Assembly: GCA_049320885.1 (NCBI GenBank)
Contig: JBMORA010000044.1
Location: forward strand, 1 to 64,000
DNA from: Thermodesulfobacteriota bacterium
Lineage (GTDB): Bacteria > Desulfobacterota > Desulfobacteria > Desulfobacterales > SURF-7
Direction: 5' to 3'
DNA: 64,000 nt
Position numbers and translations under genes: made by a program. Numbering within the stretch: the first letter of the stretch is position 1; every line of letters begins with the position of its first letter. This document shows positions 53,046 to 63,193 of this stretch, piece after piece. The notes under the pieces were generated by a model. That model was not told the DNA's origin. It was given only the letters and a program-made list of their open reading frames with translations, and ran no database searches.

Positions 53046-54822
53046 CACCGGCATGAGAACCCTTTCGACCTTGATGCTGACAGTAATCGGCCTGACCGTT
53101 TGGGCCTTGCCGGCCGCGGCCTGGTGGAACGAAGAATGGCAATACCGCAAGAAGATCACCTTCAACACCAAACCCGCCGGCGCCGATGTGGGGGAGAACC
53201 TGACCGACGTTCCCCTGTTGATCCGGCTGCATACGGGCAATTTCAATTTCGGCAACGCCAGGGAGACGGGCGAGGATTTGCGGTTCGTGGCCGGCGACGA
53301 TCAGACCCTGCTGAAACACCATCTGGAAAAATATGACAATCTGGAAGAGTTGGCGCTTGTGTGGGTGCGGTTGCCCAAACTGGCCGGCGGCAGTGACCAG
53401 GATTTCATCTACCTGTATTACGGCAATGCCGAAGCCGTGGGCGGGCAGGATCTCGCAGGAACGTACGGCCCCATGCAGGCGGCGGTGTTCCACTTCGGGC
53501 AGCCCGAGCCGTTTCAGGATGTCACCGCCAACAAGAACCAGCTGGCCAAGATTCCCGCCGGAGCGGTGATCCCGGCCAATATCGGCGACGGCGCGAGTCT
53601 GAGCAGCCCGGGGGACGCCTTCAGCATCCAAGGCGCTCCCTCCCTGGATTTTTCCAAGGGGTTCACCATCTCCTGCTGGGTCAAGATCGCCGCCCCGCAG
53701 AAAAGCCAGCTGTTCAGCCGGTCCTCGGAAACAAGCCGCCTGGATATCGGCATCGACCAGACCCGGATCTACTGCCGCGTCATGAAAGAGGACGGCAAAC
53801 AATATATTACCGAGGAGTCCGCCGAGCTGACCCTGGACAACTGGAATCACCTGGCGATATCCGGAACGGGCAAGGGCGTGATTTCCGTTTACCTGGACGG
53901 CGCCAAAACCTACTACATGCAGCTGCCCGGCGGCTTGCCGGCCTTATCCGGCGATCTGCTGGTGGGGTCCGGTCCGGACAAGGCCGACATCTTCACCGGC
54001 GAAATGGATGAAATCCAGTTGTACGCCCAGGCCCTCACCGACGGCTGGATCAGGGCCCTGTACGCCAATCAGGGGCCGGACGGCCGCCTGATGGCCTTCG
54101 ATGTGGAGATGATGACGGAAAAGAGCGGTTTTTTAGAAGACATGCACCTAGGCACCATTGTCAAAAACATCACCCTGGACGGCTGGATCATCATTGGTTT
54201 CATCTGCATCATGGGCTTTGCCAGCGCGATCGTCATCCTTTCCAAGAGTTTTACGCTCTATCTGGCAAACAAGGAAAATAAATCATTCATCAGTGTTTTC
54301 AAGGAGCACCAGGATCCGCTGGCGCTGAATACGGATCAGGAGGCCTATGAAAACGCGCCTGTTTTCCGTATTTACCTTGCCGGGCGCCACACCATCCAAC
54401 AGTGGTTCGGCGGGTCCGCGGCGGACCGGCCGGTATTGACGCCGAAAAAGATGGAAGGCGTGCGAGCGGCCCTGGAAAAAAGCCTGATGGAGGAAACCAC
54501 CGGCTTGAACGCCTGGCTGATGGTGCTCACCCTGTCCATATCGGGCGGACCTTTTCTCGGACTGTTGGGAACCGTCTGGGGGGTTATGACCACCTTCGCT
54601 TCCCTGGCCGAAACCGGCGAAGCGAATCTGACGGCTATCGCTCCCGGCGTGGCCTCGGCTCTCGCCACCACGGTTTTCGGCCTGATCGTGGCCATTCCGG
54701 CCCTGTTCGGTTATAACTACCTGGCCACGCGCGTGAAGCAGGCCACCATTGATTTAAGCCTGTTCGTGGATGATTTCGGATTGAAAATTGACCTGAACTA
54801 TGGAGGAGAGCATGCGGCGTAA
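53023..54822 (+). CDS. exbB: DUF2341 + LamG + MotA/TolQ/ExbB fusion protein
   Basis: WWNEEWQYRKKI, DLRFVAGD, VWVRLP, YYGN; LamG WNHLAI / MDEI; GPFLGLLGTVWG, APGVASALATT. Confidence 0.88.
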   Translation: MKTIKNHNTGMRTLSTLMLTVIGLTVWALPAAAWWNEEWQYRKKITFNTKPAGADVGENLTDVPLLIRLHTGNFNFGNARETGEDLRFVAGDDQTLLKHHLEKYDNLEELALVWVRLPKLAGGSDQDFIYLYYGNAEAVGGQDLAGTYGPMQAAVFHFGQPEPFQDVTANKNQLAKIPAGAVIPANIGDGASLSSPGDAFSIQGAPSLDFSKGFTISCWVKIAAPQKSQLFSRSSETSRLDIGIDQTRIYCRVMKEDGKQYITEESAELTLDNWNHLAISGTGKGVISVYLDGAKTYYMQLPGGLPALSGDLLVGSGPDKADIFTGEMDEIQLYAQALTDGWIRALYANQGPDGRLMAFDVEMMTEKSGFLEDMHLGTIVKNITLDGWIIIGFICIMGFASAIVILSKSFTLYLANKENKSFISVFKEHQDPLALNTDQEAYENAPVFRIYLAGRHTIQQWFGGSAADRPVLTPKKMEGVRAALEKSLMEETTGLNAWLMVLTLSISGGPFLGLLGTVWGVMTTFASLAETGEANLTAIAPGVASALATTVFGLIVAIPALFGYNYLATRVKQATIDLSLFVDDFGLKIDLNYGGEHAA

Positions 54823-55219
54823 TTTCTTCGAGCAGAAACCCTACGATGAAATCAACGTGACGCCGCTCCTGGATCTGGCCTGGACCCTGCTGGTGGTGTT
54901 CATTATCACCATCACCGCCGCCATCCAGGGGGTCAAGGTCAACCTGCCCAAGGCCAGCAGTTCCGTCAGTCTGGTGAAACCCAAGACCAAGGCCATCACC
55001 ATCGACGCAGGCGGCACGGTCTATCTGGACGCCTACCCGGTGACCATGGAAGACCTGGAGACGCGCCTGCGCCAGTTTCTGGCGGTGGAAAGCGATTTTC
55101 CCGTGGTCATCAAAGGGGATGAAACCATTTATTACAAGAAGGTCATGGAGGTGCTGGATCTGATGCAGAAGCTGGAGATCACCCAGTTGGGCCTGGTGAC
55201 CCAGAAACTGGTGAAATAG
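54812..55219 (+). CDS. exbD: ExbD/TolR protein
   Basis: EINVTPLLDLAWTLLVVFII, VNLPKA, IKGD. Confidence 0.92.
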   Translation: MRRNFFEQKPYDEINVTPLLDLAWTLLVVFIITITAAIQGVKVNLPKASSSVSLVKPKTKAITIDAGGTVYLDAYPVTMEDLETRLRQFLAVESDFPVVIKGDETIYYKKVMEVLDLMQKLEITQLGLVTQKLVK

Positions 55220-55248
55220 GGGTACCCGGAAACTCAGTAGACCAGGAT

Positions 55249-55959
55249 TTGATGATTTCAGGAAAGACCATGGCAGGGGAAACCAAGAAAAAGCGAAAAA
55301 CCAAATGGGGGATATGGGCGCTGTCGTTCTCCCTGGTAGCGGTGTTCGTGATTCTGGCCGGTTTGATCATCCACATGCTGTTCAGCGATGACTCGCCGAA
55401 CCGGAAACGCCAGATCCAGACGGTCACCCTGGTGAAACCGCCACCTCCCAAGATCAAGGAAAAACCGCCGGAACCGGAAATCGTGAAAAAGGAGGAGATC
55501 ATCGAGCAGGAAATCGAAGAAGTTCCTCCCGAGGATACCAATCCGGCCGAACAGGATGACGCCAAGCCCATCGACGACCTGCTGGGACTGGATGCCGACG
55601 GCGGCGCCGGCGCGGACGGATTCGGTTTGAAAGCCAAGAAGGGCGGCCGCTCCATCATCGGCGGCAATCTGTCCAATCAATACGGCTGGTATACTTCTAT
55701 GGTGCAGAAGGAGCTCAATGAGCTCGTCCGGGAATACATGGACCGGTACGGCGGCATTCCCAAAGGCAATTTGAAAGCCATGGTGAAAATTCGATTGGAC
55801 CCGGAAGGACGCATCCGGAAAATCAAGATCGTCCGGTCCTCGGGCAACAAGCGCATGGATGAGGCCGTGCAGCTGGCCCTGAAATCCGCGGACATCAGCG
55901 AAATGCCGCCCCCGGACATGCCGCTGGTCCTGAAATTCCGGATTTCCTCCCAGGGATAA
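55249..55959 (+). CDS. tonB: TonB-family energy transducer
   Basis: N-terminal TM, Pro/Glu-rich linker, SSGNKRMDEAV C-terminal domain. Confidence 0.88.
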   Translation: MMISGKTMAGETKKKRKTKWGIWALSFSLVAVFVILAGLIIHMLFSDDSPNRKRQIQTVTLVKPPPPKIKEKPPEPEIVKKEEIIEQEIEEVPPEDTNPAEQDDAKPIDDLLGLDADGGAGADGFGLKAKKGGRSIIGGNLSNQYGWYTSMVQKELNELVREYMDRYGGIPKGNLKAMVKIRLDPEGRIRKIKIVRSSGNKRMDEAVQLALKSADISEMPPPDMPLVLKFRISSQG

Positions 55960-55976
55960 AATGGCAAACATACCAC

Positions 55977-56008
55977 AATTCATAATTCCTAATTCGTAAT
56001 TTTTAATT
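55977..56008 (+). repeat. Short heptamer tandem repeat
   Basis: AATTCAT AATTCCT AATTCGT AATTTTT AATT in a GC-rich context. Confidence 0.6.
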
Positions 56009-56027
56009 GATTTTTTGGGGGTGCAGG

Positions 56028-57602
56028 GTGAAACAAAAACAATTCTGGGCGGTGATATCGGCCGTCATCTATATCTGGCTGCAACCGGTAACAGTCCCGC
56101 CGGTGCTGTGCGCGGAACCGGAAACAGCAGCCCGCGGCGCGGGTTCGGCGGCCGTGATCGACCAATTGGAACAGCAGGGCGTCATTTCCGGCGCCGAAGC
56201 CGACGAGTTGCGGCGGCGCTCGCGGAAAGGGGATCGTCCGGAAACCGCCGGCGCCAAACCGAGTATTGCCGTGCGGGAAACCTTGAGCCAAGGGGAAATG
56301 GACAAGCTGACCCGGGAAGTCACCGAGCGCGTCAAGCAGGACATGAAGGAAGAAATCAAACGCGAAATCAAGGATGAATCGGCGGTTTCGGACCAGACTT
56401 GGCTGGAACGGGTGCATGCCTCGGTGCCGGAATGGACCCGCCGGATCCGTCTGAACGGGGATGCCCGCCTGCGCTACGAGGGGAATTTTTTCGATCAAAA
56501 CAACGCGGATTTTCTCAAGCCGGATGATCCCACCGAACTGGCCAACACGAAAAACGACCGGAACCGCTTCCGGTACCGTGCCCGCCTGGGCCTGACCGCT
56601 GAAATCAACACCCAGGTGGAGGCGGGCCTGCGCCTGGCCACCGGGACCTCCGACAATCCGGTTTCCACCAATGAAACCGCCGGCGATTTCTTCAACAAGG
56701 ATTATTTCCTGCTGGACCAGGCCTATCTGAAAATCAGGCCCATCCCCCGGGCGCCCCAGACCGCTTTATGGGGAGGGAAATTCCCCAATCCCTGGCTCGC
56801 AACCGAGATGGTCTGGGACGGTGACGTGGTCTTCGAGGGCCTCGCGGTCCGCTATGACGACTATGTCCTCGACTGGCTGCGGCCCATACTGACCGTGGGC
56901 TGGTTTCCCCTGCAGGAGGAAGAATGGTATTCGGACAAATACCTCGCCGGGGCCCAGGCGGCGGTGGAATTCAAACCCAAGACCGATCTGGCCATCACCC
57001 TGGGCGCTGCCTGCTACGACTATCGCAATGTCCGCGGGGAAGCCAATGACATCCTGCGGCCCGGGGAACTCGACTGGACCGCGCCTCAATACATGCAGAA
57101 GGGCAACAGCCTGATGGACATCGATCCCGAACCCGGCGGCATCACCACCGCCCTGGCCGGCGACTACCGGATCATCGATGCTGTCGCCATTCTCCATGCC
57201 GCCGTCTTTCAGCCGGTTCATGTGAACCTCACCGGCAATTACGCGGAAAACGTCGGTTTCGACGCGGATGAAGTCGCCCGGCGTCTGGGCGAGGAGGAAT
57301 GGCCGGACGAAACCACGGCCTATCAGGTGGCGCTGTGGGTGGGGCATCCGCGGGTGCGCAATTTCAGCGAATGGAATGTCTCCTTTGCCTATCGCTACGT
57401 GGAAGCAGATGCTGTGCTGGACGCCTTCACGGATTCGGATTTCCATCTCGGCGGCACCAACGCCAAGGGCTGGCTTCTGAAGACCGATTGGGGGCTGACC
57501 AAAAACCTCTGGTTGACCATCGGATACAGCACGGCGGATGAAATAATCGGCGATCCCCTGGCCATCGATGTGCTCCAGATCGATCTGAATGCATCATTCT
57601 AG
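56028..57602 (+). CDS. Putative porin (outer-membrane beta-barrel)
   Basis: GDARLRYE, RYRARLG, PVSTN, DAVLDAFTDSDFHLGGTNAKG, terminal DLNASF. Confidence 0.88.
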   Translation: MKQKQFWAVISAVIYIWLQPVTVPPVLCAEPETAARGAGSAAVIDQLEQQGVISGAEADELRRRSRKGDRPETAGAKPSIAVRETLSQGEMDKLTREVTERVKQDMKEEIKREIKDESAVSDQTWLERVHASVPEWTRRIRLNGDARLRYEGNFFDQNNADFLKPDDPTELANTKNDRNRFRYRARLGLTAEINTQVEAGLRLATGTSDNPVSTNETAGDFFNKDYFLLDQAYLKIRPIPRAPQTALWGGKFPNPWLATEMVWDGDVVFEGLAVRYDDYVLDWLRPILTVGWFPLQEEEWYSDKYLAGAQAAVEFKPKTDLAITLGAACYDYRNVRGEANDILRPGELDWTAPQYMQKGNSLMDIDPEPGGITTALAGDYRIIDAVAILHAAVFQPVHVNLTGNYAENVGFDADEVARRLGEEEWPDETTAYQVALWVGHPRVRNFSEWNVSFAYRYVEADAVLDAFTDSDFHLGGTNAKGWLLKTDWGLTKNLWLTIGYSTADEIIGDPLAIDVLQIDLNASF

Positions 57603-57614
57603 AGGAGTTGTTCC

Positions 57615-58022
57615 ATGAAGACGATACGACTGATTCTGAAGGCCCTGGCGTCGGCCATGCTATTAACCGGCTGCATGTTCTACTGGAACGAGGACACCAA
57701 GACTCTGAAATGGGAACCGCAGTACGAGCCGCTGACCTATGAAATGGAGGATCTCACCAACCAATACCATCTCCAGCGGCTGGTCACCGGCATGTCCCGG
57801 GACGAGGTCTACGAGGTCATGGGTATGCCCGATATCTACGGCATGTATGAGAACGTGAACCGGGATTACGTGGCGGTCTTTTACTATTACACCGGCACCA
57901 GGGTGAACGAGGGCGCGGCCGCCAGGGAAGAATGCACGCCGGTGGTGCTGCGCAACGGGGTCCTGATCGGCTGGGGGAATGATTTCCTGAAGGGATTGAA
58001 GGAATACCCCCTGATCAAATGA
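57615..58022 (+). CDS. DUF3192/BamE-like lipoprotein
   Basis: LLTGC lipobox; GMSRDEV..MGMPD, ECTPVV..NGVLIGWG; AGAGGAG RBS. Confidence 0.75.
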   Translation: MKTIRLILKALASAMLLTGCMFYWNEDTKTLKWEPQYEPLTYEMEDLTNQYHLQRLVTGMSRDEVYEVMGMPDIYGMYENVNRDYVAVFYYYTGTRVNEGAAAREECTPVVLRNGVLIGWGNDFLKGLKEYPLIK

Positions 58023-58072
58023 GGATGCATGCCGGACGGGGAACCGCCGGATGACGGGTGAAGGAACAAACC

Positions 58073-58777
58073 ATGAGCAAGGGGAAAATCATTATTCTGC
58101 TGGTGATCGCCGCGGTGCTGGTGATTGGTCTTTTCGCGGCGGGCGCGCTTTCCTACCGGAAAATGGAAGCCGAGGCCGCGCGCCTGGGCGCAGAGCTGGA
58201 TAAGTCCGAAAAACGCGGTAAACTGCTGCAGCGCAGATATACCGAGGAAAAAGCTCGGGCCGACAACCTGATGCGGGCCAAGCAGGCGGCCGAGGTGAGG
58301 CAGCGCTCTGCCGTAGGCGGACACGAGGAGGAACTCAAACATCTGAAAGCCGCCTTTGACAATGAAAAAGCGGCTCTGACGGGGGCCTGCGACCGGAAAG
58401 CCAAGGAGCTGGAGCAAGGTCTTGAAAAACTGAAAGCCAAGGCCGACAAGCTTCGGGCGTCCCGGGATGAAGTCGTGGAGCGCTTCAAGCAGAAGGACGC
58501 CGAATTCAAGGAGCAGAAGCGTCTGAAAACCGCCGCGGACGATCACAGGCGCAGGGCCGAATCCGATCTCAAACGGGTCCGGCAGCAGTATGACAACTGC
58601 CGGGAGCACAACGAGCGCCTTTGCCTGATCACCGAGGAACTGGTGGACAAATACAAGAACAAGGGGGTGGTGGGCTCCATCATGGTAAACGAACCCTTCA
58701 CCCAGATGCGGCAGGTGGAAGTAGACCGTCTGGTCCAGGAATACACCGTGAAAATCGACAAGGAAAAAATCGATTGA
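58073..58777 (+). CDS. Membrane-anchored coiled-coil protein typical of this cluster type
   Basis: N-terminal TM, long coiled coil, CREHNERL...EPFTQMRQVEVDRLVQEY. Confidence 0.75.
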   Translation: MSKGKIIILLVIAAVLVIGLFAAGALSYRKMEAEAARLGAELDKSEKRGKLLQRRYTEEKARADNLMRAKQAAEVRQRSAVGGHEEELKHLKAAFDNEKAALTGACDRKAKELEQGLEKLKAKADKLRASRDEVVERFKQKDAEFKEQKRLKTAADDHRRRAESDLKRVRQQYDNCREHNERLCLITEELVDKYKNKGVVGSIMVNEPFTQMRQVEVDRLVQEYTVKIDKEKID

Positions 58778-58827
58778 GGGTTTTGAAACACAGGATACAA
58801 CCATTTTCTTACCACGGATTTCGCGAA

Positions 58828-59248
58828 TTACACGGATGAGAGTAGAGCGGTTTTGCCGGCGGAGCCGGCAGCCGGACATCCTTCCGTTTCGATGGTTGCG
58901 TCCCTGTTCGCCCCGGATAGTTCCGCGAAAACCGCCCATGCACGGTCGCCGTTGGAATGGGTTTGAATCAGCTCCATCATTTGGTTCCGGACAATTTCCC
59001 GTTGCTGTTTGAGGTCACTCCGCCGGTGGTGCAGCTCAAAACTGATCCGCCTCCAGGCGTGGAATTTCCGGCGGTTCCCCGCATCCACCGACAATTTATC
59101 AAAATCCGGGGAAAAGCTCGCAAGATGGGTTTGGATCAAGTTGGAAAGCGTGACGATTTCATCTGTCAGCCGCCTTTCGGCGCCTATCAATCGGTTCAAC
59201 AGGCTGGTGTGGTTCGGCATGCGATCTGGACTGTCAACGACATTCATG
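58828..59248 (-). CDS. Hypothetical protein
   Basis: Open frame with helical character; start uncertain. Confidence 0.4.
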
Positions 59249-59637
59249 GAGCACCTCGTCGGGTAAATGGGATAGGTCCGGTGAAAGGGAAACGAAAGCG
59301 AGTTCCCTCCCGGTTTTGTATGCCATCCTATAACCATTTGATTATAATTTGATTGGGCCGGAATTTGGATTTCATTATTTCGAATGGGTATCCTGTGCAG
59401 TTTCCGCCGGACCCGGGCAACCGGATGCCCAGGACTTCCAGTTCCTGTTCGAAGAGGGCCTCCATCGTTTCCGGAAAAATCAGGGGAATCGCATACAAAG
59501 TCAATACTGTCAATGATGCAAAAATGGCGGAAGAGGTGTTTGTAATACCGGAGCGTGGCTTTTTGAAGCCACTATATTTACAGCCATGATTACGATCTTT
59601 TGGGCTTGGTGAACGAAGATGGTTTTGCTATCGGCCC

Positions 59638-59814
59638 TCAGTTCCCCTTCCTTCCTCTCAACAAAGCATCCAGCGCTTCGATTATGACGCCGGTTACAGT
59701 GTTACCATTGTCTTTGGCATATTTCTCCACCCGTTCCGCCAGGCGGCAGGGGATATGGATAACGAATTCTTGTGTATCACTCTTGCATTGATCGGGGACT
59801 GCGTTTTCCGCCAT
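59638..59814 (-). CDS. Small ribbon-helix-helix (CopG-like) protein, 58 aa
   Basis: MAENAVPDQCKSDTQEFVIHIPCRLAERVEKYAKDNGNTVTGVIIEALDALLRGRKGN; homologue of 13866-14042. Confidence 0.75.
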   Translation of the reverse strand: MAENAVPDQCKSDTQEFVIHIPCRLAERVEKYAKDNGNTVTGVIIEALDALLRGRKGN

Positions 59815-60159
59815 TGAAATGTCCTTTTCATCTGTTCCGGTTAATGTTCCGGGATCGTATTTGCAAATTCATCCTTTTTCAACGAGAAATTCGATGCCAT
59901 TTTAATTTTTGTCCCGGGAGGCGAAACAGTTTCGTCTCGGGACACTTTTGTTGTTTTCAATCCTTCATCTTTCCCGCCGACAATATTAAAATAACCTCTT
60001 TTATCGAAAGGTTATTGTTTATTGATTCATTTTTCCCGTTCCGGATGTAATCCAACCAAACGCTTCTTCCGTTCCCGCTCCACTTTACCGTGTTCCTATT
60101 ATTCCAAATCAGAGAGGCTTTTATTGGAACCTATGGAATAAAAACAAGCAAACGAAAAA

Positions 60160-61347
60160 ATGGAGGATTTGGTGAAACGGAATCAGGGAATCATCCATCG
60201 AAAGCAGCGGTCAGAAGTATCTTCAAAAACAAAAACCTACGGCCGGGATTTTCATATGAAGCCCGGAGAGGCGTTTTTGTTCTACCAGGTCTTCAATTGT
60301 GGCTATCTTCCGGAACCGTTACTGGAAACCGATCTTCTCACCAACACGGAAAAGGTTTGCATGACCAAGCTCAATCAATTCAGCGGCCAAAACGGCCATT
60401 GCTATCCCTCCCTCCGCACCCTGGCCAAATCCATCAATATTTCCATGCGCCAGGTGAACCGGGTGATCAATGCGCTCGTGGAAAAAGGGTTTCTCATCAA
60501 AAGGGCGCCCACGAACCGCCAAAAAGGCCGGCATCAATCCACCCGGTATTATCCTGCATGGCATCCCATCTACGACAATGCAGTGGTCAATCATCCGCCC
60601 CAACGGCTGACCTTGCCCCCGGAAAACATGGCTGAAACAATGGCAGTAGAAATGAGGGATGACAGCTACGGTCATTTTCGCGATGTCATCCATACCGGCA
60701 GCCCTTGCCGCACCGGTGACGAATCGGCATTAGACACCGGTGACAGGGAAGCATTCGTCACCGATGGCATCCGAAATAGATCATATAAAATAGAAAATAT
60801 TAAAATAGATCATAAGAAACAGAAGCCTCATCCTCATGACACCCAGAGAGGGATGGGGAATTCTCCTGGATTCCCCATCCCTCCCCCAGAGACCGGACCA
60901 TCCCGGCCGGAAACGGCTTTTGAAAAAGAAAAAGCCGCTTTGCTGGCGCGCTATACTCCCACCCAGCAGCATACAATTGAACAATGGATCGATTGTATGA
61001 AAAGAGCCCCCGGCAGCGGTCAAATAACGGAGGATTTCATTCTCACGGAGCTGAAAAGATGGAGCGCGGTGGCTCCCGAACCTGTGATCAAGGCGATCAG
61101 AATTTATACCTTCAAGCGCTATTACCTGAAAAAAAGCGAAAAATTTCTCTGGAGCATGATCCGGTGTTTCTCTCTGGCGGCAGCGAAAGAACAAATCCGA
61201 GATACAGAACAACCAGCAGGGGCCTTCGGTGCCACAGCAACGGACCCAGGTGCAACCAATTTGCCAGAACAGTCTCAGTACAGTTCCGAAAAGAATCCCG
61301 AAACGGTTTCATGTGACGATTCATGTGAAAGGGGGACCCAGCAATGA
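60160..61347 (+). CDS. HTH replication-initiator-like protein, full length
   Basis: Winged-HTH CYPSLRTLA...; paralogue of 2071-2907. Confidence 0.8.
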   Translation: MEDLVKRNQGIIHRKQRSEVSSKTKTYGRDFHMKPGEAFLFYQVFNCGYLPEPLLETDLLTNTEKVCMTKLNQFSGQNGHCYPSLRTLAKSINISMRQVNRVINALVEKGFLIKRAPTNRQKGRHQSTRYYPAWHPIYDNAVVNHPPQRLTLPPENMAETMAVEMRDDSYGHFRDVIHTGSPCRTGDESALDTGDREAFVTDGIRNRSYKIENIKIDHKKQKPHPHDTQRGMGNSPGFPIPPPETGPSRPETAFEKEKAALLARYTPTQQHTIEQWIDCMKRAPGSGQITEDFILTELKRWSAVAPEPVIKAIRIYTFKRYYLKKSEKFLWSMIRCFSLAAAKEQIRDTEQPAGAFGATATDPGATNLPEQSQYSSEKNPETVSCDDSCERGTQQ

Positions 61348-61568
61348 AAATGAGAAACAGCGCTCCGCCTGTGCCCACAAAGCGTCTGTATTCCATCAAG
61401 GAGTTGGTCGCCGAAATCGGGGCGACCAAATGGTTTTGGCGAAGCCAGATTTGGGCCGGGCATTTGCCCGTCATTCAGGTCGGAAGAAAAATGTTCATCG
61501 ACCGCCAGGATATCGATGCATTTATTCAGAAACACAAGCTGCGAAATGAAGATTCGAAGGATCGCTGA
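61344..61568 (+). CDS. Excisionase-like HTH protein
   Basis: Near-identical to 1850-2074. Confidence 0.85.
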   Translation: MKMRNSAPPVPTKRLYSIKELVAEIGATKWFWRSQIWAGHLPVIQVGRKMFIDRQDIDAFIQKHKLRNEDSKDR

Positions 61569-61682
61569 CGCATGGATTTCGCCTTGAACCATCGGGCCAC
61601 CTTGGGGTATACCCGCATTGGAAAGGCTTGCGGGCTTTTCCCGCGCCATCTTGTGCCCGTCAAGGCGAGATGGAGGTGAGAC

Positions 61683-62753
61683 ATGGGCAGTTTGTATCAA
61701 AGAGGAGAGGTCTGGTGGATCAAGTATTACCGCAATGGGAGATCCTATCGGGAAAGTTCCAACAGCACCAAGAAGATGGTGGCCAAAAAGCTGCTGGAGC
61801 GCCGGGAGGGGGAGATCGCCCAAGGCAAGTTGCCGGGGATTCATTTTGAAAAGGTCACCTTCGACCAATTGGCGTTGGATTTCCTGCGAGATTATCGCAT
61901 CAACCAGAAAAAATCGCTCAGAAGAGCAGAAAGGAGTGTGAACCATTTGAAGGCGTGTTTCGAGGGAGACCGGATTTCGGACATCAATACCCCTCGCGTA
62001 CATGCGTACATTGAGATACGGATGGAAGAGGGTGCTGCCAATGCCACCATCAATCGTGAGTTGTCGGCATTGAAGCGGATGCTGACTCTTGGTGCCAGAC
62101 AGACCCCCCCTCTCGTTGACAGGGTTCCCCACATCCCGATGCTGAAAGAGAACAATACGCGAAAGGGCTTTTTCGAACACGATGAATTTTTGGCGTTGCG
62201 GGAGGCTTTGCCGGATTATTTGAAAGGGTTTGTGACGTTTGGTTACAAGACCGGCTGGCGAATTTCGGAGATCGCCAATCTCACTTGGACCCAAGTGGAT
62301 AGAAAACTTGGCATTGTAAGGCTTGAGGTCGGTGAAACGAAGAATGGCAGCGGGCGCACCATTTATCTCGATGAGGAGCTCAGGAGTATCATTCATCAAC
62401 AGTGGGCTCTGCGCAAGGAAATGGGCGTTCTTTGTCCCTATGTCTTTCCGAATCAGTTTGGCAGGGGACCTGTAAAGGACTTGAGAGGTTCATGGTTCAA
62501 GGCCTGCAAAAAAGCAGGTATTGGGCGCAGACTGTTTCACGATTTCAGGCGGACGGCTATCCGGAATATGGTGAGATCAGGTGTTCCGGAAAGAGTTGCC
62601 ATGATGATATCCGGGCATAGAACGCGATCTGTTTTTGATCGGTACAATATCGTCAATGACGCGGATTTAAAAGCGGCGGCAGACCGACATTCAGACTACC
62701 TGGAAAAAAATGCGGGCACAATTTTGGGCACAACGATGAAATTGAATCCGTAA
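61683..62753 (+). CDS. Tyrosine integrase
   Basis: GWRISEI, TKN, FHDFRRT, SGH, RY; next to the att repeat. Confidence 0.95.
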   Translation: MGSLYQRGEVWWIKYYRNGRSYRESSNSTKKMVAKKLLERREGEIAQGKLPGIHFEKVTFDQLALDFLRDYRINQKKSLRRAERSVNHLKACFEGDRISDINTPRVHAYIEIRMEEGAANATINRELSALKRMLTLGARQTPPLVDRVPHIPMLKENNTRKGFFEHDEFLALREALPDYLKGFVTFGYKTGWRISEIANLTWTQVDRKLGIVRLEVGETKNGSGRTIYLDEELRSIIHQQWALRKEMGVLCPYVFPNQFGRGPVKDLRGSWFKACKKAGIGRRLFHDFRRTAIRNMVRSGVPERVAMMISGHRTRSVFDRYNIVNDADLKAAADRHSDYLEKNAGTILGTTMKLNP

Positions 62754-62838
62754 AAATGGGAGCGTCTTGTTAAGCAAAGTCATTGGTTTTGTAATGATTA
62801 TGTTTGCAGTTGAGCTGGTGGGGTTGCAGAAAAAGGAG

Positions 62839-62880
62839 GGATTTTGAGTCCTCTGCGTCTACCAGTTTCACCACTCCGGC
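62839..62880 (-). repeat. att core: displaced 5' half of tRNA-Leu-CAA
   Basis: Identical to 23962-24003; ends just after the anticodon arm; preceded by TTGACT-N17-TATAAA (62894-62922). Confidence 0.93.
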
Positions 62881-63193
62881 ATAAAACGGGAACTTTATAT
62901 AAAAAATGGACTGGAAAGTCAACAGCATGTTTTTAAAATACGTCCCCATATCTCCGGTTTTGCCGGGAATATGGGGATCGATAGGATATTGGCAATGCCA
63001 TATTGAATGTGATAGCTTGCGAAAACTGTTTACCGCTCCTGCCTTACTGTTGCGGCAACAACGCAATGTAAAGTATTCGGCCTGGAGATCTTGATGGGCC
63101 GTTTCCTAAAAAGATGCTCTCAAACGGCCGGGGAAGGTTCTTGGAATACCCGGCAACGCGATTATGCAGCGCGCACCAAGAGGAGGAGAAATT

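Larger units (their letters stand above)
23962..62880. mobile_element. Integrative element 2 (about 38.9 kb) in tRNA-Leu-CAA
   Basis: Exact 42-bp direct repeat 23962-24003 / 62839-62880; integrase beside the right repeat; GGGCACAATTT arm-like repeats at 24167-24184 and 62714-62732. Confidence 0.9.

Noticed and set aside
58809..58838. CACGGAT-type short repeat after the cluster
   Set aside because: Degenerate intergenic repeat; no function can be supported
60160..62753. Prophage or conjugative element call
   Set aside because: No capsid, terminase, relaxase or T4SS genes seen in either element
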